NCBI GenBank assembly: GCA_964415015.1
Contig: CAYPXM010000002.1
Coordinates: forward strand, 14,269 to 50,157
Reading direction: 5' to 3'
Length of the DNA: 35,889 bases
Origin: an uncultured Muribaculaceae bacterium
GTDB taxonomy: Bacteria > Bacillota_I > Bacilli_A > RF39 > UBA660
The notes beneath the pieces are model-generated. The model saw nothing but the letters and a program-made list of their open reading frames with translations. It was not told the DNA's origin and did no database searches. Both the position numbers and the translations under genes were made by a program. Positions 20,517 to 28,682 of this stretch are shown here, piece after piece (position 1 is the first letter of the stretch; the number at the start of each line of letters is the position of its first letter).

Positions 20517-22971
20517 ATATTTAGATATTTTTGCGATAGTATTTTTTGCTATCGTTTTTAGTATGGTATATTTTATCTTAACTAATGAAAATTACTTGTA
20601 TGGTTCTACTATTGATTGGCAAAATCAACATTATGTAATACCAGAATACTTTCGTAATTTATTTTATCAAACAAAAGATATCTTTCCATCACTTGCAATG
20701 CATCTTGGAAGTGGCCAAAATATATTTTATTTTGCCTATTACGGCTTATATAGTCCTATTATTTTAATATCATATTTATTACCCAATGTTAGCATGATTG
20801 ATTATATTACTTATAGTACAATAATTCTTGCTTTTAGTAGTGTAGTATTATTTTATTTCTTTTTAAAAAAGCATCAATTTAATTTTTTGACGCGATTGGT
20901 AGTAACTACCTTATTTATGTGTGCAGGTCCAATTTTATACAATACTCATCGCCAAATTATGTTTATTAATTACATGCCTTTTTTAATATTAGGGTTATAT
21001 GGAGTAGATAATTATTTCAGTAAGAAAAAGAACTTATTATTAGTAATTAGTTTCTTTTTATTAATCATGACATCTTTTTATTTTAGCGTTAGTTCAGCCT
21101 TTATTTTAATTATTTATTTTACATATTTATATCTTAAAAATAATGAGTTATTTAAATTTAAATCTTATATGATAGAACTATTAAAATTTAGTCTTTCATT
21201 TGTTATTGCCTATTTATTAGCATCATTCTTACTTTTTCCAACTTTAAATTGTTTACTTGAAAGTCGTGGCGGTACTAATAATATTCATTTGATTAAATTA
21301 TTTATTCCGATGATTAGGGGAAAGAATATAATCTATAATTTCTTTGGAATGGGTGTAACTGCTATTACCCTAATTGGATTAATATATACCACCATAAAAA
21401 AAGAAAAAGCATCCCGTTTTTTAGGAATTACGATTCTTTTGTTAGCCTATTTACCGATTGGAGCTTATTTATTAAATGGAACTTTATATACTGATCCTAA
21501 ATCATTATATCCTTTAATTCCATTGTTACTCCTATTTACTGCCCCTTTTATTAATGATGTTATTTATGGAAAAATTGATTTTAAAAAATTAGTTTATATA
21601 ATAATTACAATATGTCTATTATCATTTAATCTTTTTTTAGTAATTGATTCTTTAGTATTATTATTAATATTTTATCTTACTAAGAAACACTTATATATTC
21701 GCACTAGTTACATTATATTATTAAGTATATTATATTTAGTTGGGGTAAATATGAGTGATACTTTATTATCCCGAGATAATTTTCAAAAAGAAAATACTTT
21801 TGTTAGTACACACTTTTTTGATGAAGTAGATAAAAATAATATTTATCGAACCAGTAACTTAATTCATCCTTATAATAATTTTAATAAAATATATAGTGAT
21901 AAACAGTATTTAACTACCATGTATAGTTCTAGTAGTAATAAATTATATAATAATTTTTATTTTGATTTAACTGCCAATAATATACCATATCGAACAAGAG
22001 CAATGATGATGGCATCAACTAATCCATTATTTCAAATGTATATGGGAGAAAAATATATAATTAGTAATAAAGAGAGTATTTTTCATGGTAAATTAATAAA
22101 TCAAGAAAAAAATATTAAATTATATGAACTTGAAAATACATTACCAATTGGTTATGCTACTAGTCATTTAATGAAAAATAGTAATTATGATACTTTAAGT
22201 TATCCCGATAATATTTTAACTTTACTCGGAAATGTTATTACTCCTGATAGTGAACAAAATAAAGTTAATATTAATTATGATATGCCTTTTTATACTATTA
22301 ATAAGACAAGTAATGTGGTAATTAATAATAGTCATCGTAATATTGATGTATTGGCTAATAACAAGGGTTATATGAATTTGGCACTAGATATTGAACCACA
22401 AGATAAAATAATTTTGGTTCGGTTTACCAATAAACGATTACCAGAAAATAAAGATGAAGAATATAGTATTAAAGTAAATGGGATAAAGAATCGTCTAAGT
22501 GCTGTTAACTGGAAGTATTTTAATCATAATAAAACTTTTAACTATGTACTATATAATACTAATAATTTAAAATTCGAATTTACGAAAGGATCATATTATT
22601 TAAGTGATTTAGAAATTATTGTTATTGATTATCAAGAAGTAATTAGTAAAATGAATGATATAGATCCTTTTATCTTTGATAAAGAACGTACTTTAGGTGA
22701 TATATATGAAGGTGATATAAAGGTTACTAATGAAGGATATTTTAAATTATCTATTCCATATGATAAAGGTTATAAAATATATGTAAATGACGAATTAACT
22801 GATTATGAAGTAGTTGATAAAACCTTTATTGGTTTTAAAGTTTCACCTGGTAATTACCATATAAAAATTGTTTATGAAGCCCCTTATTTAAAACTGGGTG
22901 TAATTACATCCTTAGTAAGTTTAACTTTATATATTATAACTATCATTATTACACGAAAAAAACCACATTAG
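20467..22971 (+). CDS. yfhO: YfhO family polytopic membrane protein
   Basis: 834-aa ORF overlapping the end of the PIG-L gene by 50 nt. The alternative ATG at 20485 gives a 32-nt overlap, and neither start has a good RBS. The product is multi-TM with a soluble C-domain and a terminal TM, and is paralogous to 81..2423. Confidence 0.85.
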   Translation: MKVGLVMRTGKKTKQNKYLDIFAIVFFAIVFSMVYFILTNENYLYGSTIDWQNQHYVIPEYFRNLFYQTKDIFPSLAMHLGSGQNIFYFAYYGLYSPIILISYLLPNVSMIDYITYSTIILAFSSVVLFYFFLKKHQFNFLTRLVVTTLFMCAGPILYNTHRQIMFINYMPFLILGLYGVDNYFSKKKNLLLVISFFLLIMTSFYFSVSSAFILIIYFTYLYLKNNELFKFKSYMIELLKFSLSFVIAYLLASFLLFPTLNCLLESRGGTNNIHLIKLFIPMIRGKNIIYNFFGMGVTAITLIGLIYTTIKKEKASRFLGITILLLAYLPIGAYLLNGTLYTDPKSLYPLIPLLLLFTAPFINDVIYGKIDFKKLVYIIITICLLSFNLFLVIDSLVLLLIFYLTKKHLYIRTSYIILLSILYLVGVNMSDTLLSRDNFQKENTFVSTHFFDEVDKNNIYRTSNLIHPYNNFNKIYSDKQYLTTMYSSSSNKLYNNFYFDLTANNIPYRTRAMMMASTNPLFQMYMGEKYIISNKESIFHGKLINQEKNIKLYELENTLPIGYATSHLMKNSNYDTLSYPDNILTLLGNVITPDSEQNKVNINYDMPFYTINKTSNVVINNSHRNIDVLANNKGYMNLALDIEPQDKIILVRFTNKRLPENKDEEYSIKVNGIKNRLSAVNWKYFNHNKTFNYVLYNTNNLKFEFTKGSYYLSDLEIIVIDYQEVISKMNDIDPFIFDKERTLGDIYEGDIKVTNEGYFKLSIPYDKGYKIYVNDELTDYEVVDKTFIGFKVSPGNYHIKIVYEAPYLKLGVITSLVSLTLYIITIIITRKKPH

Positions 22972-22980
22972 TGGTTTTTT
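22956..22980. terminator. bidirectional rho-independent terminator between convergent genes
   Basis: The same 24-mer as at 6279..6302 (AAAAAAACCACATTAGTGGTTTTT). The TAG stop of yfhO sits in the loop. Confidence 0.7.
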
Positions 22981-22983
22981 AAA

Positions 22984-23943
22984 TTATTTAGTATATTCTA
23001 ACATGTATTCGATTAATAAACCGTATCCACTATCAAAGTCATTATTAATAGCATGACTTACAGCTCCAACTAATAAACCATCTTGTAATATTGGTGAACC
23101 ACTCATTCCTTTAATAATACCATTAGTATTATTAATTAATTCTGGATCTGTGATATCAAAAGAAATTTGTGTTTCATTTTTATCTAAATTTAATTTAGTA
23201 ATTACGATATCATAACTTTTTACAACATCATCTATAGTAGTAACTATTTTTGCATTTCCAAGGTGGATATCTTGTTTATTTCCAACTGGTACTAATTGCA
23301 TATTGTTAGTTGCACTAACACTACCATATATACCATATTCATTTGCAGTAGTAATTTTACCAAAAGCTAAACCAGCTTTACTAATAAAACGACCAACACT
23401 ATTAATTGTACTAGGGATAATACCAGTAATTTTATTTTGATTTACGGTACCTAAGAAATCATTACTTAAAGTAGTATTAGTTAAAATACTATGTCCAACC
23501 GCTGCATATTGTAAATTATCAGGATTAATATAAGTAAGTGTGGCATTACCAGATATTGAATTTCTTCCCATAATCTCTTTTAAAGTAGCTACACTAACTG
23601 TTTCACTTAAAATATTATTATTACGTTTAAAAGTAACTAGAACATTATCAGTGGCAATATCATTAATATACTCGTTAATATTAGTATTTCCTAAAATATT
23701 ATTATTAATGGCATAGATATAATCGCCAGTTTCTAAAACATCACTGTCTTTTGTTGCAATGAGACCACTAGCAACCATATTTATTTTAATGGATTGTCCA
23801 CCTAAATAAACATAATCACGAATACTAGTTTCATAAGCATAACTAGTTGTATTGATTTTGATTAGTCCTAAAATAGCTAAGATGATGAATAATAGTGCAA
23901 TTATTATTTTGGACACTAAAAATATTCTTTTAACCCCTAACAT
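22984..23943 (-). CDS. S55 family serine peptidase (SpoIVB-like) with N-terminal TM and PDZ-like region
   Basis: GGGGGAG RBS. Motifs: TM anchor, PDZ-like GDYIYAINNNILG, His box AAVGHSI, GIYGS, catalytic Ser box KGMSGSPI, VGAVSH. Confidence 0.8.
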   Translation of the reverse strand: MLGVKRIFLVSKIIIALLFIILAILGLIKINTTSYAYETSIRDYVYLGGQSIKINMVASGLIATKDSDVLETGDYIYAINNNILGNTNINEYINDIATDNVLVTFKRNNNILSETVSVATLKEIMGRNSISGNATLTYINPDNLQYAAVGHSILTNTTLSNDFLGTVNQNKITGIIPSTINSVGRFISKAGLAFGKITTANEYGIYGSVSATNNMQLVPVGNKQDIHLGNAKIVTTIDDVVKSYDIVITKLNLDKNETQISFDITDPELINNTNGIIKGMSGSPILQDGLLVGAVSHAINNDFDSGYGLLIEYMLEYTK

Positions 23944-23967
23944 ATTTACTCCCCCTGAGTACTATGT

Positions 23968-23996
23968 ATTTTAGCATATTAAAGAAAAAATGTCAA
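23968..23996 (-). promoter_or_regulatory. near-consensus sigma-A-type promoter of the S55 peptidase gene
   Basis: The minus strand reads TTGACA (23996-23991), 17-nt spacer, TGcTAAAAT (-10 at 23973-23968). Confidence 0.6.
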
Positions 23997-24015
23997 GTAA
24001 ATGTATAATATTTTC

Positions 24016-24055
24016 TTTTTTGTCAAATTGTTGTTGCTTTTTTGTCATTTTGTTA
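24016..24055. repeat. 17-nt direct repeat TTTTTTGTCAwwTTGTT x2, 22 bp apart, in a divergent promoter region
   Basis: The copies start at 24016 and 24038 and match at 15 of 17 positions. They lie between the two divergent promoters. Confidence 0.6.
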
Positions 24056-24071
24056 TCAAATTGAATGTTAA

Positions 24072-24101
24072 TTGAATTACAACTCGTTTTGTAGTATAAT
24101 T
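24072..24101 (+). promoter_or_regulatory. sigma-A-type promoter
   Basis: TTGAAT (24072-24077), 17-nt spacer, TATAAT (24096-24101). Confidence 0.5.
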
Positions 24102-24125
24102 ATCTATACTTATGGAGGCAAAAAA

Positions 24126-24608
24126 ATGAAAAAATTATGGCATCAAAATCGCATATTTATTATCTTAATGACTATTGTGATAGTTTGTTTTATTGTGATG
24201 GGTATATTCTTATTAAAATTGTTTTTTTCCGGTAATGATTCTAAATATGGTGATCGTTTAGAAGATGTTGAATCAATCGTTGTGGATGATAAATTAATTA
24301 ATAAAGTAAATAAGAAAATGATGGAAGATACAAGTATTACTACTGCTAAAGCTAATGTATCAGGTAAAATAATATATGTAACACTTAAATTTAATGGCAT
24401 CTCAAACTTAAGTGAAGCTCAGGGTAAAGCGGTTACTGCAATGAATGAATTTGGTGAAGAAATAGGCAAAAAATACGATTTTCAATTCATTTTATTACAA
24501 GATGCAACTGATAAAAGTGAAGAAATAAAAATTATGGGTAGTAAAAATGTCAGTGGGTCAGGTATTATTTGGAATAATAACAATGTTTTAACAGAGAGTG
24601 GAGTATAA
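24126..24608 (+). CDS. hypothetical membrane-anchored protein (160 aa)
   Basis: The ATG at 24126 follows a GGAGG RBS (the TTG at 24072 coincides with the -35 box). One N-terminal TM. The gene ends 3 nt before the next gene. Confidence 0.55.
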   Translation: MKKLWHQNRIFIILMTIVIVCFIVMGIFLLKLFFSGNDSKYGDRLEDVESIVVDDKLINKVNKKMMEDTSITTAKANVSGKIIYVTLKFNGISNLSEAQGKAVTAMNEFGEEIGKKYDFQFILLQDATDKSEEIKIMGSKNVSGSGIIWNNNNVLTESGV

Positions 24609-24611
24609 CAA

Positions 24612-26627
24612 ATGAAAAGAAAATATCGTTTATATGGTATTATTGGTCTGGCTTTAATATTACTTGGCATAGGAACTTTTTATTCAATTCGTTTAATTAC
24701 GGATAAAAATAAATTAACTACTGATGAAAAAAAGTGGATTAGCGATAACTTAAATAATATTCAAAATATCAATGTAATTGATGATTTAGATGTATTTGGC
24801 CTTAATGGTGTTGGTGTATTTTATGATTTTATTGATGATTTTAGTGGAAAATATAATCTAAAAGTAAATCCCATTACTTATAAAGAGAATGAACTTATTT
24901 CGGGAATTAGTTTTAAAAAAACTAATAATTATCGTAAAAATGATAATTTAATATATACTGATCATTATGTTGTAATTAGTAAAAACATGGTTAACATGCC
25001 TTTAATCGACGATTTAGCTAATAAAAAAATTGGTATTTTAGGTAGTGATGAAACAAGAATTAATGCTTATTTTCAAACGGTAGAAGATGTTAGTTTGAAA
25101 AGTTATGTAAGTATGGATGAATTATATAGCGCAATTAATAATAATACCGATATTAATTATGCAATTGTTCCCTTAAATGATAATATTAGTGAAATAATTG
25201 CTAATGATTTATATGTTTTATATCATTTAAGTGATTTAAATGTTTATTATATTTTAGATACTGATGATTCTCTATTTGGTAGTATTTTAAATAAATATTT
25301 TATTACTTATAAAGAGGATAAACTAGAAAAGACAATAAAAGAAAATCAGTATAATTTGTTTGTTAGTGCACTTAATCTATCTAGTGTTGAAATTGATAAA
25401 ATAAATGCAGAAATCTATGAATATGGCTTTATTAATCAGTCTCCATATGAAATTATTGCGGGTGGTAATTATGGTGGCATAATAAGTTATTATATTAGTG
25501 AATTTAGTAGTTTTTCTAATTTAGAATTTCGGTTTACCAAATATAAAAATTTTACTCAATTTAAACAAGCAATAAGTGAAAAAGAAGTAGATATTTACTA
25601 TAATTATTATGATTTGGAAACCCCTTATGCAACGGTTCCTACTTTAAATTATATAAATTACGAAGTAATCTCTAGTTTAAAAAATGAATTAGTATTAACC
25701 AGTTTAAATGGCTTAAAAAATTATGATGTTTATGCTTTAAATGATAGTAAGATAGCTGCTTATTTAAAAGATTTAGGAATAAATGTTATTACCTATAAAG
25801 ATAATAAAGAATTATTTAAATTAAATCATAAAGATGCAATTATTGTTCTAGATAGCCATATATATGATTATTATCAAAAAGATAAATTAGATAAATACAC
25901 TAGTCGTTTTAGTGGAGTTATTAATGATGTCTATAATTTTAAAATAAAAGATGATGATATTTTATTTAAATTATTTTATCATTATATTAATATAATTGAT
26001 CCTAATGTTGCTTATAACGAAGGAATACTTAACCATACGGAATTATTAAAGACGGGATTAATTTATCGTTCTTTAGCCAAATATTTGTCAATAATTATCG
26101 TTCTATGGGGTTTAGTATGGTTAGTTAGTTATCGTTATCGAAAAAAAATTAAAATTGCTAAACGAATTAAGAAAGATGAAAAAATTCGTTACATTGATCA
26201 ATTAACGTTACTTAAAAATCGAAATTATTTTAGTGAAAATATCGCTAGTTGGAATAAAAATACAATATATCCTCAAGGAATAGTCGTAATTGATTTAAAT
26301 CGAGTACATGAAATTAATGATACACTTGGTTATGAAAAAGGGGATAAACAAATAAAAGCTGCTGCTAATATTTTGATCAAAACCCAACTTGATAATTCGG
26401 AGATAATAAGAACCGATGGTAATGAATTTATGGTCTATTGTGTTGGTTATTCAGAAAAACAAATAGTTAGTTATATTCGTAAGTTACATAAAGAATTTAA
26501 GTATTTGCCTTATGAATATGGTGCAACTATTGGAAAAAGTTTTATTACAAGTGAGTTAAAAAGTGTTGATGATGCTTTAAATGAAGCCATCGATGATATG
26601 AAAAATTTAAAAGAAGAAAATAAATAG
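24612..26627 (+). CDS. membrane protein with a large extracytoplasmic domain and a C-terminal degenerate GGDEF domain
   Basis: TM1 is at residues ~7-27 and TM2 at ~490-507. The GGDEF-domain pattern reads DQLTLLKNRNYF ... VVIDLNRVHEINDTLGYEKGD ... RTDGNEF (nt 26415-26429), so DGNEF replaces GG[DE]EF. No RxxD I-site is visible. Confidence 0.75.
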   Translation: MKRKYRLYGIIGLALILLGIGTFYSIRLITDKNKLTTDEKKWISDNLNNIQNINVIDDLDVFGLNGVGVFYDFIDDFSGKYNLKVNPITYKENELISGISFKKTNNYRKNDNLIYTDHYVVISKNMVNMPLIDDLANKKIGILGSDETRINAYFQTVEDVSLKSYVSMDELYSAINNNTDINYAIVPLNDNISEIIANDLYVLYHLSDLNVYYILDTDDSLFGSILNKYFITYKEDKLEKTIKENQYNLFVSALNLSSVEIDKINAEIYEYGFINQSPYEIIAGGNYGGIISYYISEFSSFSNLEFRFTKYKNFTQFKQAISEKEVDIYYNYYDLETPYATVPTLNYINYEVISSLKNELVLTSLNGLKNYDVYALNDSKIAAYLKDLGINVITYKDNKELFKLNHKDAIIVLDSHIYDYYQKDKLDKYTSRFSGVINDVYNFKIKDDDILFKLFYHYINIIDPNVAYNEGILNHTELLKTGLIYRSLAKYLSIIIVLWGLVWLVSYRYRKKIKIAKRIKKDEKIRYIDQLTLLKNRNYFSENIASWNKNTIYPQGIVVIDLNRVHEINDTLGYEKGDKQIKAAANILIKTQLDNSEIIRTDGNEFMVYCVGYSEKQIVSYIRKLHKEFKYLPYEYGATIGKSFITSELKSVDDALNEAIDDMKNLKEENK

Positions 26628-26636
26628 GAGTATTAT

Positions 26637-27479
26637 ATGAAAGCAAGAGTAAAAGCCTTTTTTAAAAACTTTTGGAACGTTATTAAACGACCAGACATGG
26701 CGATATTACCAGGTCAACTTGCTTTCTTTTTAGGTTTATCAATCGTTCCTACTGTAACCTTGATTGGCTTTGTAGCAACTAGATTAAACTTATCAATGGA
26801 TTTTATTTATTCTTTCTTATCAAAAACTTTTAATGCTGATATTGCTTCATTCATCGTTCCAACCCTTAGTGATGCACCAGGATTAAAATTTGTATTATAT
26901 TTAATCTTAGGATATATTATTGCCTCTAATGGGGCAGCATCAATCATTGTTACATCTAATGCGATATATAATATTCCTAATGGTAATTACTTTAAAAGAA
27001 GATTAAAAGCTATTGTAATGACTTTCTTTTTGGTCCTATTATTTACGTTTATCTTAATTGTCCCTGTTTTTGGTGATAAGATTATTTTACTATTAGAATA
27101 CATCAATATTTCTAGTAAAGTGACAGAAAATATTATTGTTACTTTTAATGTTTTAAAAGGACCCGTATCATGGTTTATTATGTTTTTATTGATTAAGATA
27201 ATATTTACCATGGCGCCAGATCGTAAAATACCTAGTTCGTATGTTAATTATGGTGCTATTTTCACAACTGTTTTCTGGGTTCTAGTTACTATGGCATATT
27301 CCTTTTATATTAATGATGTTGCCAATTACAATTTATTTTACGGTGGTGCTGCCAATATCGTAATATTACTATTATGGGTATATTTATTATCATACATATT
27401 TGTTATTGGGATGGCCTTAAACTATCGGGAAGAAAAAATTAAACTGGAAAAAACCGGGCAAATAGAAACTAATAAATAG
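26637..27479 (+). CDS. YihY/BrkB family membrane protein
   Basis: TAGGAG RBS. Six hydrophobic helices, with the N-terminal motif ILPGQLAFFLGLSIVP typical of YihY (the former 'ribonuclease BN-like' annotation). Confidence 0.75.
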   Translation: MKARVKAFFKNFWNVIKRPDMAILPGQLAFFLGLSIVPTVTLIGFVATRLNLSMDFIYSFLSKTFNADIASFIVPTLSDAPGLKFVLYLILGYIIASNGAASIIVTSNAIYNIPNGNYFKRRLKAIVMTFFLVLLFTFILIVPVFGDKIILLLEYINISSKVTENIIVTFNVLKGPVSWFIMFLLIKIIFTMAPDRKIPSSYVNYGAIFTTVFWVLVTMAYSFYINDVANYNLFYGGAANIVILLLWVYLLSYIFVIGMALNYREEKIKLEKTGQIETNK

Positions 27480-27490
27480 GTTATATTATT

Positions 27491-27532
27491 ACTGTACACA
27501 ACGGGTATTACTTATGTGTACAGTATTTTTTT
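27491..27532 (+). terminator. rho-independent terminator
   Basis: ACTGTACACA / TGTGTACAGT 10-bp stem, 14-nt loop, T7 run. Confidence 0.65.
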
Positions 27533-27581
27533 GATATTAATCTAGTATTATATGTACTAACGATATTAAGAAGTAATACAC

Positions 27582-27610
27582 AAAAACTAACTATTAAAAG
27601 TTAGTTTTTT
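27582..27610. terminator. second terminator-like hairpin directly upstream of the ATP-grasp gene
   Basis: AAAAACTAACT / AGTTAGTTTTT 11-bp stem, 6-nt loop, with A/T runs on both sides. It ends 4 nt before a TATAAT at 27615-27620. Confidence 0.5.
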
Positions 27611-27637
27611 GTTGTATAATTATGGTGGTGGTTAAGA

Positions 27638-28627
27638 ATGGCATTTTATGGATATATTAAAACAGCAAATTATAAAAGATATACTAAAAAACTAAAAATA
27701 GTAGCTAAGAAATATCATAAAAATTATTTATGGTTACTAATCGATACAGTATATGCAGTTAATCGTTATGGAATTGGATTAACTGACTATTTAAATTATC
27801 AATTCTATTTAAAAAAGAAAAAAGAACGTTTAACTTATGCGGGGATTAAAATTCAAGATTATTTTTATGAAATTGTAAGTCCTAGTAAATATAAAGAACG
27901 TTATACTATTAAACCTAATTTTTTAAAAGAATTCAAACAATATACGAAGCGAGATTTTTTTGTTGCTGATGGGAAAAATATTAATGATTTAAAAAAGTTT
28001 TTAAATCATAAAGAGTTCTTCATGATTAAACCATATGATGGTTTAGGAGGAGCCGATGTTAGTAAAGTAAAGGTTAGTGAAATAGGTGATATTTTAGCCT
28101 TTTATCAAAAATTAGTTGATGAACACTTATTTTTAGAAGAACTCGTAATTCAACATGATGCTTTAAATAAACTATGTCCCGCCAGTGTTAATACGATTCG
28201 AATAATGACTTTTAATGACCATAATAAACCAACTATTTTATGGGCAGGATTAAGAATCGGTAATGGTATAAATAGTGTTGATAATTTTCATGCCGGAGGT
28301 ATGAGTAGTGAAATCGATATTGATACTGGAGTATTAATTAATAATGCATTAGATAAAGATTTAATTGAATATGATAAACATCCTGTTACGAAAACTAAAA
28401 TTAAAGGTTTTAAAATTCCTTATTTTAAGGAAGTAAAAGAAATGGTTTTAAAAGGGGCTTTAGAATCTGACAAAATATTAGTAGTGGGTTGGGATATAGC
28501 TATTACTCCATCTGGTCCAGTCGTAATTGAAGCAAATCGTCGACCTGGGTTTGATGTTGTTCAAGTAGCATCAAGAAGAGGACGAAAAGATATTATTGAT
28601 GAGGTATTAAAAAAATGTAATAGATAG
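27638..28627 (+). CDS. sugar-transfer-associated ATP-grasp family protein (ATPgrasp_ST-like)
   Basis: GGTGGTGG RBS. Motifs: N-terminal DY.NYQFY...KKERLTY, then LEELVIQH..LNKLCPASVNTIRIMTF, RIGNG..VDNFHAGGM...ID..TG, KHP.T...I.GF.IPYF, VGWDIAIT..GPV.IEAN..PG. Confidence 0.8.
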   Translation: MAFYGYIKTANYKRYTKKLKIVAKKYHKNYLWLLIDTVYAVNRYGIGLTDYLNYQFYLKKKKERLTYAGIKIQDYFYEIVSPSKYKERYTIKPNFLKEFKQYTKRDFFVADGKNINDLKKFLNHKEFFMIKPYDGLGGADVSKVKVSEIGDILAFYQKLVDEHLFLEELVIQHDALNKLCPASVNTIRIMTFNDHNKPTILWAGLRIGNGINSVDNFHAGGMSSEIDIDTGVLINNALDKDLIEYDKHPVTKTKIKGFKIPYFKEVKEMVLKGALESDKILVVGWDIAITPSGPVVIEANRRPGFDVVQVASRRGRKDIIDEVLKKCNR

Positions 28628-28646
28628 AATTTATTCTATCTTTTTA
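28622..28646 (+). terminator. rho-independent terminator
   Basis: AGATAGAA / TTCTATCT stem, TTTA loop, T-run. It overlaps the TAG stop. Confidence 0.6.
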
Positions 28647-28682
28647 TTTGGGAGTAAGATATAATATTTCTGGTGATTAAGA

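Noticed and set aside
23991-24047. TGTCAA/TGTCAT elements as Spo0A boxes.
   Set aside because: They differ from the TGTCGAA consensus at the critical G, and one of them is simply the -35 hexamer of the minus-strand promoter. They are kept only as generic candidate operator repeats.
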